DNA of 64,000 bases from Phoronis australis. Lineage: Eukaryota > Animalia > Phoronida. Under the pieces are notes generated by a model that was not told the DNA's origin, ran no database searches, and saw only the letters and a list, made by a program, of their open reading frames with translations. Positions within the stretch are counted from its first letter, which is position 1, and every line of letters starts with the position of its first letter. This document shows, piece after piece, positions 1 through 13,400 of the stretch. Location of the stretch: the NCBI GenBank assembly GCA_002633005.1, contig NMRA01000585.1:2851-66850 (forward strand), written 5' to 3'. The translations under genes and the position numbers were made by a program.

Positions 1-297
1 GTACATTCCGGTACGCAGCAACAGTGTGGCATGTTGACTGACTAGTAAATGAAAGCAAACGACGACGGAACTTAACACAACCGAGGTAGAACAATGACTG
101 ACTCGGCAGCTCTCACCGTCAGACTATATGAAAAGAAATTGACGCGAAATGCTTGCCTCCTAAAACGTCACTTCCGCAGTAGCGGACGAGTAATTAATAA
201 AATTACGAAAAGCTGTAATTAAGTGGAAAATATGTCCAGGATAACCAACCAACCTTATTTTAGCTCAAAATGACATGGAAAAAGGTTGCCTTCGCCT
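1..297 (-). mobile_element. Kolobok-type (THAP, TTAA-target) DNA transposon end, truncated by window start
   Basis: Ends ...GGTTGCCTTCGCCT then TTAA (298-301); minus-strand ATG at 32-30 reads MPHCCCVPEC; nearly identical to 36890-37185 and homologous to both arms of 16391-17298. Confidence 0.7.
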
Positions 298-318
298 TTA
301 AGGGGATGGTATATTGTT

Positions 319-434
319 TGCTGCTGAGTGAACTATTGTGGGGCCTTGTAATAGTTTGTTTAAATGTCTTTGGACTTTTGCTGTTGAGTGAACTATTGTG
401 GGGCCTTGTAATAGTTTGTTAATGTCTTTGGACT
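319..434. repeat. Tandem duplication of ~60-bp unit (2 copies)
   Basis: tgctg(c/t)tgagtgaactattgtggggccttgtaatagtttgtt..aatgtctttggact repeated twice. Confidence 0.85.
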
Positions 435-660
435 ACCCACAAATCATGTGATTGGAATGCAGCCTCATCCCCAAGCCTCACGAAGGCGCTGATGGGTTTA
501 GCCATTTGAGGCTTCGTTAAGTGGAAATACTTTCTGCGCAATGATTGGCCATGTCTTAGCAGCATTAAAGCATAGGCATTGTTGTCGCCATTCATGCAGC
601 AGAAGGCATTGCTTTGGTTAGTGTTTGAAATAATGGTTATTCAGATACTTATTTTCAATT

Positions 661-1120
661 CTTTTTATGCACCCACATATTTATATAAGGACGCATTATG
701 CCGTCATCTCCGTCCGTCCGGCATCCGTCTGGCGTCTGCTGCTCTATCTCCAAAACGTCTTTATGTATGTTCATGAAATTTTGCACATGTGTTCCTTCTG
801 TGGATGGGACGTCATGAGCGAACTAATGGACGCATCCGACTACCGGTGTGCCCCCTAGTGGCAATTTTATTTTTTTATGTTTGCCTTTGTATCTTCAAAA
901 GTCCTGAATGGATTTTCATAAAATTTGGTGTATGGGCATCTACCGTAATCGTTCGGGTTAACGCCCATGCTCAGTTAACCGCCCACCCCTACTTTAGGTG
1001 GATTTTCGATNAAGAAACGAATAAAGTTTGTCAACGCAACTTATGCTCGAGTTCTCCATGTGGCTTTAACGATTTTCGCGACCACACTTGGTTTCTCTGC
1101 CCTTCATGTGTGGTGTTTTA
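661..1120 (+). mobile_element. Possible Helentron/DINE-1-like non-autonomous element
   Basis: T-rich start ttttatgcacc, (CCGT)n-like microsatellite ccgtccgtccggcatccgtc, then ttcatgaaattttgcac core typical of HINE/DINE-like repeats; 3' boundary not defined. Confidence 0.35.
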
Positions 1121-1980
1121 ACATTTAAAAATTCCAATGAAGTTGTCTTATAAATGAGAAGAATGCAATCAGTGCGAAACTTTCAAGTGTTGTCATTTAA
1201 AGGGAGAGAGTGTCATCAATATACGAAACTTTGAATACGATAAAACTATGACCAAGCCTACTCTCCAGTGGATCCACTGTTAACCAAAACCTGTCTGCCA
1301 GCTGACCCAAAAGGATTATTACCTTTGAGTGGCCATCAGTCTCTAGACCTAAGCACAACAACCTTGTAATTCACATGAGAGTTTGCTCTGGGTTGTAAAT
1401 GGCAAAGATAGGAGCAACTTAATTATGTTGTATATATGGTAGTACCAGCTCCTATTGTTTACCTCTTACATTAATGCCTGTAGACCTTTACGAAGTGTCC
1501 CAGCAATTTGAAAGCTCTTATCAATTTCTTTCACCTTATTGAGCTGGCAAAAAATGAATGTTAGACCTTTTATTCTAGTCTCATGATATTCCTTTTTGTG
1601 TTCAGAGTATTTTTCCATTATGAACAGGAACATCGAAACTATTAGCGACTCGAATTTATAAAACACTTTATAAGAGTTGGTCAACCCTGACATTGCAAAA
1701 TGGCACGTGTAGACATTGCCTGTCGGCTTATTCAACAATATTTCAAAATCGGGTGAGTGTGGTATTGTTTTAAATCCCAAGGCACTTCGTTGAGATTTCA
1801 CCGTTGCCATACAGCTAACCAGTGGCAAAATACGGGTTTAACTGCCAACCATGAGTCAAGAGAGATTCAAATTGTCCAGTAGTCCCTGAGGATGGGAAAC
1901 AGTAGGGTAAAACCTCACTAATTCGGGACACAATATCATTATGGATGACAAGTGAAATGTTACGAGCGGTCTTACATCAT

Positions 1981-2173
1981 CTCTTGTGTTGCTTTTTATT
2001 GCCCATCTTTCCAGAGATTATTATTTAACATTTATTAATTTACACTCATATTTCTGCAACATTATCTGTCATAATGAATTACCTTTATTTCGCTTATATA
2101 GGGTCTCCTTTTTATCTCTGGAAATGGAGCTTATGACGCACCTATCATTTTCGGGATATATGTCGAACATAAA
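1981..2173 (+). repeat. Dispersed ~200-bp repeat, copy A
   Basis: Aligns by eye to 26163-26361 (ttgcccatctttccaga...tttacactcatatttctg...tctctggaaa.ggagctt..gacgcaccta..attttcggga). Confidence 0.75.
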
Positions 2174-5100
2174 TGTATTTCATCATTTTTGTATCTACTG
2201 TATGTAGCACCAAGTTAAATGCTTTTCCATGTCCTAAGTTTTGTACCACATTTACCATCATGGGCAGTCACAGCAAATATTAGAAGCTCTTGGAAAATGA
2301 AAAAATGTCATTCATGCCATAAACATTCCCACTAAATAAGATTGCCCCAAACCCCNNNNNNNNNNNNNNNNNNNNNNNNNNNNNNNNNNNNNNNNNNNNN
2401 NNNNNNNNNNNNNNNNNNNNNNNNNNNNNNNNNNNNNNNNNNNNNNNNNNNNNNNNNNNNNNNNNNNNNNNNNNNNNNNNNNNNNNNNNNNNNNNNNNNN
2501 NNNNNNNNNNNNNNNNNNNNNNNNNNNNNNNNNNNNNNNNNNNNNNNNNNNNNNNNNNNNNNNNNNNNNNNNNNNNNNNNNNNNNNNNNNNNNNNNNNNN
2601 NNNNNNNNNNNNNNNNNNNNNNNNNNNNNNNNNNNNNNNNNNNNNNNNNNNNNNNNNNNNNNNNNNNNNNNNNNNNNNNNNNNNNNNNNNNNNNNNNNNN
2701 NNNNNNNNNNNNNNNNNNNNNNNNNNNNNNNNNNNNNNNNNNNNNNNNNNNNNNNNNNNNNNNNNNNNNNNNNNNNNNNNNNNNNNNNNNNNNNNNNNNN
2801 NNNNNNNNNNNNNNNNNNNNNNNNNNNNNNNNNNNNNNNNNNNNNNNNNNNNNNNNNNNNNNNNNNNNNNNNNNNNNNNNNNNNNNNNNNNNNNNNNNNN
2901 NNNNNNNNNNNNNNNNNNNNNNNNNNNNNNNNNNNNNNNNNNNNNNNNNNNNNNNNNNNNNNNNNNNNNNNNNNNNNNNNNNNNNNNNNNNNNNNNNNNN
3001 NNNNNNNNNNNNNNNNNNNNNNNNNNNNNNNNNNNNNNNNNNNNNNNNNNNNNNNNNNNNNNNNNNNNNNNNNNNNNNNNNNNNNNNNNNNNNNNNNNNN
3101 NNNNNNNNNNNNNNNNNNNNNNNNNNNNNNNNNNNNNNNNNNNNNNNNNNNNNNNNNNNNNNNNNNNNNNNNNNNNNNNGGTTGAGCTAACGACCATCGG
3201 CCAGTGAACACAAAAAGTGCGAGTTAACCGGCACTCACCTTGCACATTGCAGCCGTTTAAGTGAAAAACAATCTAATAAATGCCATTTGCTTGTATAATC
3301 CTCTGTTGCCGATGACCCGCACGCACTCGCTCACTCACTCTCATACGCAGACGAACTTCAAAACAAACATCACGTGACAACAACATGTGTGTTCATCCAG
3401 AGATTTTTCTCGTGTTGTGGGGTACGATGTAGCGCAGATTTAGACTTAATCGCAATTAATCTGGACTCCACATGAACTTAAAAAGTTGTAAAACATAAGG
3501 AGGATTTCAGGTGATTTGTTGAGTCGAAACTGTATTTTTATTCAAGAATTCAAGTTTTCCTATCGACGATCGCGATTCAGCGACGTATCAGTCGGCAAGT
3601 TTTCGCCCTGGAATTTCAGCACATTTTTTTGAAAAATGATCATAATTTAACAACGGGGTTTGATAGCAGTGCACTACAGTTTTGTAGAAAGACTGTCATA
3701 GGCTACAAATACGTCACAGAGCGTAAATTTGATGAATCCCAGCTTACGATTTTACCCGTTTCGGAAACCGGGTTTCAACTGCCTTAGGCTACAATAAGCG
3801 TTCCCTCCGTGAAATGAATTTTTCTAAACGCCCGCGGCGTTTATTAGGGTCAATACAGTATACAGCTTTCCTCCAAGGCTAGGTGATGCTACGAGATATT
3901 CTTTGTTGCTTGTACGGATTGTTGCCAATTTTTGCTTGTTTCCATAGCATAATGATGGCGGAACTGACAACGTTGCAAATTTGAATTTTAATGTTTGCAT
4001 AATCCAGAAAATCAGAGGTCGGTAAACCAAGTTTTTTTAAAACACTTTTGGCGAAAGACTAGCAGAAGATGCCCACTCTTTCAAAATTGCCATGAAGGTA
4101 TTAACTATTCCATGCACCAAGGTCTTGGCTAATTTTATGGCCTGGTCATCCATTCAGCCAAAAGTAGTTCCATAGGTGGCTCTGATCAGCCAATTATTCA
4201 CACATGCTCACTCACAATAGAAGCCTGATAAGAGTGAAGGTGGATAAATGCAGTGTTCCTCTAGTTTCTTGTGGTAGTGGATGTGTTCACAACATGTTTT
4301 TGGCCATTAATTTGTCCTCAATTGGTGAAATTTTACTGCACTACATGGTACAACTGCTGTTTCCATGTAACTGGGTGAAATGAGACTGTTGGTGAACAGA
4401 ACCTTAAGTACTATTGAACCAAAGAGAACCAGTGGTAAAGTTCTGGAATGTTCTTCAGTGTCAGCATTTTGAGAATTTGTTTCATGCTGCCAGCTCAATG
4501 TAACTGCAGCTCTGGGGTCTGTTTCAAGAAAAGTGAGTTAGTATGACAAAAATTTAGTCTTACGCTCACACTTCAAAACTTAACCAAGCACAGGTTTATA
4601 TGCATCACTGCCTGGAAATAAATGTAACTTACAATTCTCTCAAATGGTGCTGTGAATATGCTGGAGCATGTTCCAAGATTCCTAATTGAAGGAAATTTAA
4701 GCCTTGTTGATTACTTTTATTATGTGCTGTCATGTTTCAATTCATGTAAGGTTATTGCTGGTTATAGGTACATTGAGCACAGTAAGTTTATGTGGGCCTT
4801 GTTTTAATTAAGCTGGTAGGTTTAATTGTGCCCTTAGTGTGTATTTAGTCAGAGCCTGCTGGTAGAACAACATGTTTTGAAGTAGTTATACATTATAAGG
4901 TTGCGTCTTCTGACTGGTACATGTTGTGGAAAACCAAAATGGCAAAAATTCCATTAAACAGAAAATAACAAATAAAATCACTTACACCAAGGGATTGTGG
5001 TGCAGACAAAAATTGACATTTCACAAAAAATTAACACATCAGCCAAAATGTGACTTGCCGCAGAACAAAAGATTATGGTGCAGCAATAAGTTTCACATGC

Positions 5101-7248
5101 CAGGAAAACAGATCTCTCTGAGGAGTATGTGACCATGGAAATGGTGATATCATGCACTTGAAACAAGATGGCTGAGCCAAATGGCCGGCCGCTTGTGTGG
5201 CGATCTGAGAGGTCTGGTGTCCTACAATAAGTCAAGAGATATCATGGGAAATGCTAATTGATTGCCATGAATGTGACTGTCGATGAGAAATTGCTCAATA
5301 ACTTGCCCTTGCGTACCTCAGGTACTGACCTCATCACTTTGATGGTCACATGCTTCTGAATGGCCGTTGCTTCTGAATGGTGACATGGTTCCTGCATGTT
5401 AAATTTTTGCTAGCACATGATTCAGTTCTGGCATTGCACAAAACATTTCTGATGTGCTTATATGTATGCATACAAAAAGTCCTGGTGTATGGTGTTAGTT
5501 TAATACGAAGTGAAAGTGCTGGGTATATTTGGATTCGAGATAAATTAACATCACCCTCCATTTACAATAAATAATGCCTGAATGGTCAGTGTTATTCGCT
5601 GTCAGATTTCTGTGAACTTATTTCTTTGCATGCAACTATTAAGAGTACGCCAGCGATAGTTTGTTCGTTGAGTCTCGCATGATTGATATCGTGCACTCTA
5701 GCGAAGAAGTGGAGTTAATCTTGTTTCCCGTGGAGTTGTGCAACTGTGCATTTTAATCCACCTATTTTGAGAGGAATGTGCAAAGGCTTATTACTAAGTC
5801 CAAGTCAGGCAGTGACCTTTTCCCATTCAGCGGTACTCCCCCAAAGCAGGAGAGTTACCATGCTGGTTGGAAAGAGACAACAAATGAGGTTTCATTTATA
5901 ATTAACAGGGCAATTCATCAAGAGTTTATGTCTCACCTGTATGTCTAAGGGCAAAATGACATCATGGACTATTGTGAACTTGTTCACAGGTGTAATCAGC
6001 TTATGCTTCTCCCCTGTGGAGGTTATGTTCAAACCACCTGTAAAATGCAGGAATACCTGTTGCGGTATTCAGGATGGACTGGTTGACTAGATGATGGCAT
6101 TAACTTTGAAGGCTTTTTAATAATATGTTTATACATGTTGTTTTTATATATAAATTTTCCACAAATGGAGGTTTTAAGCTAATAATTATCAAATAGTCCC
6201 ATATTTCTTGTGCCCAATGGTATTATGCATTAACTACGCTGCACACATGGTGTTTTAAACGTTTCTTTGTTGATGACTTCTTGTTTATAGAGTAGAACCA
6301 AGGTTATTTGGTGTTGAATTACATCCCATCCTTGAACATGGGTCAATACTTCATTGATGTTGATAAGCTATCAGTTTAAACCCTAAATTATGCATTAAAC
6401 TCTTCAGTATAAGATTTTTGTTTTAAGATTAGAAACTGTCTTTTTTGAACTGTAGCATGCCATGCATTCAGTGATGTTAAAAAACTGTTCTGCCTTCGTT
6501 GAAATTGGCTTAATTCCCACCGAGTGGTGAACTTGCAATTTGCACAATTCAATATTACTTCATTTGCAATCTGACATAGGAATTGTTTTTTGAAGGTTTT
6601 GAAGACAATATTCTAGGTAAAATTCAACCAATTTTGGAGAAAGAAATGTTACTAAAATTGCTCTTTCCTTATTTTTTTAAGAACTTCTAGAATTGTTGTG
6701 AATACTTAGAAAGTTTTCAAAATGTTTTGTGAGGGAGGTGTGGCAGAGAACTTGAATATGGAAAACTTTAATTCATTTCTTTCATGGAAAATTTAAGAAA
6801 ATAGAATCTTACTTGTTGGCCATATTCTGTCCTAAATTGGTGAGATTATACCGTAGATTACCAGATTACCTTGGTCTGTGTAGTTTGTCATGAGTCTGGG
6901 AAAATAAGGCAGCTAGGATTAAAAACCAAAATGGGTGATCATGTGTAAGGAAACTAAAATAGCAAATTGTTAACAAAACTGAAACAACTGCAATATGGAT
7001 TGGTGCATTTTCATCGTCTTGGATGAAGTTGAATAAGCAAAATACGACAGCAAATATGCCCATGATCGATGTTTCACAACAGTTTATAAACATACCTCCA
7101 TGGGCATGGAGCCATTTCCATCAGGGCATATATCATGTACAGAAATTTGCGTGACAGATTAAAATCTGCAATGTTGGTGTGCCCAATTGTTTAATGAGAT
7201 ACATAATTTCAGATTTTTTTCCTTTTAGGATAATGATCATAGTGAAGA

Positions 7249-7465
7249 ATGGCTGAAGAAAATGACAAGAAAGAAACCGTTGCCACGACAACAAATGCAA
7301 CTGAGTTCCACCACCCAGATGGAGGATTTGGTTGGGTTGTTTGCCTTGCCTCTTTCTGGTGCAATGGGACCATTTTTGGAGTGCTGAACATGTTTGGAGT
7401 TATTTACCCTGAACTCCTTGTGGTTTATGGTGGAGCAGACGACAAGGACATTGCATTTAAAACAT
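7249..7465 (+). CDS. Copy 1 coding exon 1
   Basis: Acceptor ttttag at 7223-7228 upstream (implies a non-coding exon further 5'); MAEENDKK..HPDGGFGW..; donor ACAT|GTTAGT, phase 1. Confidence 0.9.
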
Positions 7466-10400
7466 GTTAGTATTTGCATTTTGTTGGTGTATGAATGTGG
7501 AATTATGTGCAATACGCAGTTTGTTTTGTAATTTCCTTTTTAGCAATTATGATTCGGTAATTGGAGAAATTTATGTTTGAATAGTCATCTATTTAAAAGA
7601 CCTGTTGACATACAAGGAAGAGTTTGAGATGGATTTATGTTAATTTGTTATAGCGCATGGTTTTATGGCATCATCATATGAACTTAGTGAAATATATGTC
7701 TGGCTGTTGTGTACTTCAGTGGGTAGTAATAATTCCATTGCCACACCTCAAAAACCATCATGCCAAAGGTGCTGTGAATCTGGGGAACAATCCAGTGGAG
7801 CAATCTAATCCTCAAGTCTGGAGTTAGGTCACAGGTTATGGAGCATTTTCAACAGGTGTTTGGAGTTTAGGCATAAGGATCTCCCATTTATACTGTGGCT
7901 TTGGACTGTTTCCTGGTCCATGACTGGAGTTTAAGAAACCATAACTGAAGTGGAATCGTTTCTACTTCCTGAATTTGAATTTTGACAACTTTCAGGTGCA
8001 TAAGAGTGGGTGCATGTGTGGTTAAATGCATGGTCTTACAGTCATAAATTTTTAGCTCAAATTTATGAATAAATAATAAATATATTGTTGCATTAAGGAT
8101 GAAGTGAAGAGCTGGTTATATATAAGGAGCTTCTTTTTATTTGTGCATTGTTTTCCCATGGTGACATCTTAGCATGGGAAGACATTTCCTTTGCGTTAAG
8201 TGTTGCTACACGGTTGTCAATTTTGGAGGCTGTTTGATATGTTTTACCAGCTGAAAAGACATTAACTGAATATGTTTGAGGGGCCTCGTCATCTGCGTCA
8301 TACCTGTGAATTTAGTGTCTCTATTAGCAAAATTCAAAATGGATTGTTTGAAAATGAGTACAGTTTCAATTAAGTCTCGTCCTTGTTCACGTGTGCAATG
8401 CAAACATTTTGGCGAGGGAAGAATTAGACCAAGTATTGCTGCCAGTAAATTCGTTTTTTAGTTTGACGCCACTAAAATGGTGATATTAAAAAGTTAAATT
8501 CAGCCATTTATTTATAGATTTTTCAGTTAGAAAGATGCAAAAAACAACCAATAACTTAAACACTGTCAAGATTTCAAGAACTTCCAAGCACTTAAGTAAT
8601 GGCTGATGTAGCAATTGTGTACACGTTGAGGGTAAAAAAGGACAAGAAAAGTATATACTTTGAATAGTTATAAATTATACCTTGCCTTTTTGAGAATTAA
8701 CGACATTTACCTGCAACCTTATCTTGCATACTTGTACTTGTGTCTGTTTGCCAATATGTGTAAATTACTGTTTCCAGCATGGGTTGGTTCCTTAGCTACT
8801 GGGATGACATTCTTCATGTCTCCTGTGACCAGTATCCTTGTGGACAGATTTGGAATTCGTCCAATCGCGTTCATCGGTGCTGTACTGAGCACAGCGGGTC
8901 TTCTTGTCAGTTCATTTGTCAACCACCTGGGTCTCTTGTATCTGACTTACGGAATCCTTCTTGGATTAGGATCGTCGATGGCGTACACACCTTCATTGGT
9001 GATTTTAGGACATTACTTCCAGAAGAAACTGGGTCTTGTAAATGGACTTGTCACCACCGGGAGCGCCGTGTTTACCATTGCACTCCCGTTCATTTTGAAG
9101 GTGTCCTTAACCAACATTGGCTTGGCGCACACGCTTCAGATCTTAGCGGGCTTGAACTCTGTGTTACTGGCGTGCGCCTTGATATACAAGCCACTGATTA
9201 TCCGACAGGATAACGCAATGGCGTTTATGTCTGCCACAAGCATGGCCGAAAACTATCACGAATTTGTGTTATTTATCAGACGATATTTGAACATCAAGAT
9301 TTGGAGAAATAAAAGCTACGTCATCTGGGTAATGTCCATGGGGATATCATTGCTCGGATACTTCATACCATTTGTTCATCTGGTTAGTACATTGTTCTTT
9401 GATTTCTAATAACTTAATCGTCGGTCTTGGGCAGTTATTTGTTTTAAATGCAATATTCCTATCCTGCTTGCAGTTCTATTTCTAGTACATGTGGTAATTT
9501 TTGAAGTACGTTATATATGGTTAATATGCAAATTTTTTCAGATTACTTCTGACTTCGCATACTGCAAAATTCCACGAATTGCAGATCGAAGTACTTCCTA
9601 GCATTGGCCTTTTTCATTTTTCAAAAGCTTGTTGATAATGACTGCAATTTTTCAAAACATTGTCTCATGGTGGCTACAGAACAGGACTTGAAAATAATAA
9701 AGCTTTACTTTGGTACTACTTAACCTTTGCGAGAAAAATAAGAAAGCAAAATATAGATATCACTTTTCTGCCATAATAATGTTAGCATTGGCAGCTAATA
9801 GGATTTTTATAAGTGGTGTGGCTGAAATTGTTTTAATGACGTCTAAAAAAATATGATCACAGCCCCAGAAATGGCTTCCGCATTACATCCAGATGTTCTT
9901 TCACTCCCTTGCACACACTCGCACTAGTAAGACCGAGCTCAGAGGAAAATGAGACATAACACCTTTGTGCAGTGCTCGAATGTCAGTCAGTGAAACCATG
10001 ATTTGAACCCAAGTCTCCCAAGCGGGAGTCCGGAGCTCTAACCACTGAGCCACAGTGTCTCCTCATGGTGACGTCTGCGTAATCGGTAATCTTAATTGGG
10101 CATTTTCCATTAAGGCAGGCTTTTGATTTTCTATGCTTTTGTCAATTCTTATTTTTCTCTTCAATGTGCAGGTAAATTTGCCTGAAAAAATTATAACAGT
10201 TATTTTATGATTTGCGGCTGAGAGAACTGTATGGGCACCTATTTTGATTATTTTGTGAACAGTCAAGTCTGTTTTGAGACTCACTTGATATTCTCAACGC
10301 CAAAATTACCCATGTCCCAATCTTCAGAATCGAGAAAATTAAAAATTCGGCTTGAATATCACTGTCTTAAATTTTATAAACTGTTCCGAACTGGAGAATT

Positions 10401-13400
10401 TTCATGGTAGACAAATAATTGGACTATACCACAGGTTTTGTATTATGTTCAAGTAATTAGATTCAATCATTCTACAAGCAGATCCATTGCAAAGCCCCTA
10501 AATCTGGTCATTGCTAAGTAGTATGTAATATGGCTATTTCCAATTCCAAACTGTAAATAGATTCTACTTGTTTAGCCTGCTTCATATGACATAATTATAT
10601 TGTGCTTTGTGCCTGCTGGTAAATTCGCTGTGTTAGGTTAAACTCTGCATTATAGTACTGTAATTTCTTTTTAGGTGAAACACGTGAACGATACTATGCC
10701 AGGAAAAAATGGTGAAATTCTTGTGATGTGTATTGGTGCTACATCGGGTGTGGGACGGATTGTTGCTGGGAAGCTTGCTGATATGCAACAGGTCAACCGT
10801 ATTCGGCTTCATCAGTTTTCCATTGCCATCATGGGTGTTATAACTATCATTATTCCATTTGCTACATACTTTGAAGTGCTTCTAGTGCTTACTCTACTCA
10901 TGGGACTGTGTGATGGCTGTATGGTGTGCTTACTTGGACCAATAGCGTTTGACATTGTTGGCCAAAAGGGGGCAGCGCAGGCTGTAGGATTTCTGCTTGG
11001 AGTCATGTCTATTCCTCTCATGCTTGGGCCACCAATTGCAGGTAAATTTTTGTTGAGCCTTAAATAAGAGTGATTTGAAGGGAATACTTCTTATTTTCCC
11101 AATTTAAAGTTTTTATATTTATGAGAAATATTTCTCAGCTCAGCAGGATATCCTGCTATTCAATTGGACTAAATCAGTCATGAAACTTGGCAGGAGAAGC
11201 GAAGAAGAATTTATGAGAAACTTGAGATCTATCTTCAATCTACTTTGAGCAGACTATGCCACATATACACACATACACACATTTTTTCATTTTGACTTGG
11301 TATAAATGTTGCCCGTTATAGCTGGAAGCTCAGTTATATCCCCTACCCTAAAACATGGCTACCCTGCTTTAGTCGCTTCGATTATTCCTAATTTTCCTAT
11401 TATTTCTTAGATTTTCTTACTTTGTAACCACTTTTTGTGAACTTCCTGTAACATTTCCTCCTTTTTGTATAAAGGAGTTGGGATGTGTGGATGTGGAGAA
11501 GCAATTGACAACTAAAAGTCGAAACGCCATGAAGCGGGCATACCTTAGGGGTCAGGCAATTTGAGTTCTCCCTTAATTACCACAGAATGGCACTGCCAGC
11601 ATGCGTAAGCCGCTGCCGGTGAAAACATAGATGCGCCATTTTGAAACAACAAAATTTTCTGAAATTGTTGATTGTTAGGGTTGTTAAATGATGGTACGGT
11701 GAAAACTGAAATGTTGTAAGCATTTGAAAATCTGGAATTAACATACATGAATGACAAAGGGAATGTAACTGAATTGCTCCTTATTCTCCAGGCTTTATGT
11801 ATGATCTGATGGGTAAATACGATGCAGCCTTCTGGGCAGCCGGTGCTCCCCCATTACTAGGTGCCACCATTATGTTCCTGATACCAAGCATGAAGCAGGT
11901 AGGTGCTCTTGTACTTAACATGCCGGTTGGGCCTAACCTTTTAATTAAATCTAAGATGGTGGACGTTAACATGGTTCGACGATGACCATAAATAATAAAA
12001 ACTGAGATTTGCAGTATATCATTACATTTTTCTTCGAATTAGTCTTCGACAACAGTCCAAATCTCTAACCAGTATGGTTGACACAACTACATACATTGCC
12101 ACTAGAGGCAGCACTAAACACTTCTAAACATGTGGAGAATTTCTCGCTTACACTGGTCACGGCTCTGAGTCCCTAAGCCCCAGACAACTTTTATGATCCC
12201 TATTCATCACGCCCTTTGCATTGATGTAGATCTGAGCTAATGAAGTTTTAAGGTAATAGCTAGCACTACTTTCTTAGCAATGGTGGTCGTTATCACTCCC
12301 AAATTGGTTTTCTCTGGCATTTGCACAGAGTTAAAGAATGCAATATGGAGGGCAGTTTAAACTTAGTACATTTTAAATATTACAAAAAGACTAAAAAGTT
12401 AATTTGCGTTGATCTTGACAAAGGGCCACTTCCCAAAAGAAAGGTGGTTTTAAGTATGTTTCATAACTGTTTTCATTACTTTTTTTATTTTAATACTCCT
12501 GTCTACTTGCATTTTTTCTTACCGGTTAGGGTTGCTATCTTTTTATTTTGTGTTTAACCGAAGCATCAAAACAATTTAGAAGTCAGTTAATTGTGAACCC
12601 ATTCCTGAATTTTCCAGATTACAGCTACACCAAACATGTCACGGCAAACACTCCACGTGCCATTTGTTCAAGTACAATTTTTATTAGAACTCAAAACATA
12701 AAATATATACAAATGTGCAAATATGGTGATAGCCAGACTGAAGATTTGGAACCTCTGGAAATTTTGTTTGCAGTAACTACATAACTATTCTAGCTTTTTT
12801 CAGTCTAAAAATGAAATCACAGCTCTTGCCCACCGACCAACCTCATCCACTGCTTGCACTCTCTTGTTGACTACAAAGCTAGCCATCCTCTTGTGTTCAC
12901 ACGTGTTCCATTACAACTACAAGCTAACTGTCGAAATTGGCACATTTCCGCGAATAGCAGTTTTCTGGTTAGTGTATTGCTCCTGGAGTAAAGTAGTTCA
13001 GCATGCACTGGGCCATAAGCGATGTTTTAAAAATTATTGACATCTAATTTAGTCACTGTGTTGTTCATAGATGTTTCAATGTAGCTTAGTTGTATATTAA
13101 AAGAATAATCCACGTGATATTGTTAACTCTGATCAGCGTTTGTAAATCACCAAGTATATCAATATGCGCAGTCGCTTATCTTCAATCTAACCCAATGTTT
13201 GTAGTTTTTAGCTTATTAGTTCATCGATTTTTAAAAGTCAAAAACCAAACTTGGTTGTTTTTTCCATCTGAATACTGCTGTGGTATTTGTTTTTAACGAA
13301 AACTGTTGGTTAATGCAGTTTGAAAATTCACCAGTATGTACAGGCAGAGGTGTTTACTACAGTTTATGGTCAGTTAATTACACTTAATTGGGTCTTGCTC

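Noticed and set aside
2280-3245. Long ORFs of 282-321 aa
   Set aside because: Made of N-gap translation (X runs)
8719-8922. Antisense ORFs over transporter exons (also 7209-7512, 10812-11021, 24440-24794, 26699-26905, 42940-43413, 44499-44807)
   Set aside because: Shadows of the hydrophobic plus-strand exons; their repetition only reflects paralogy
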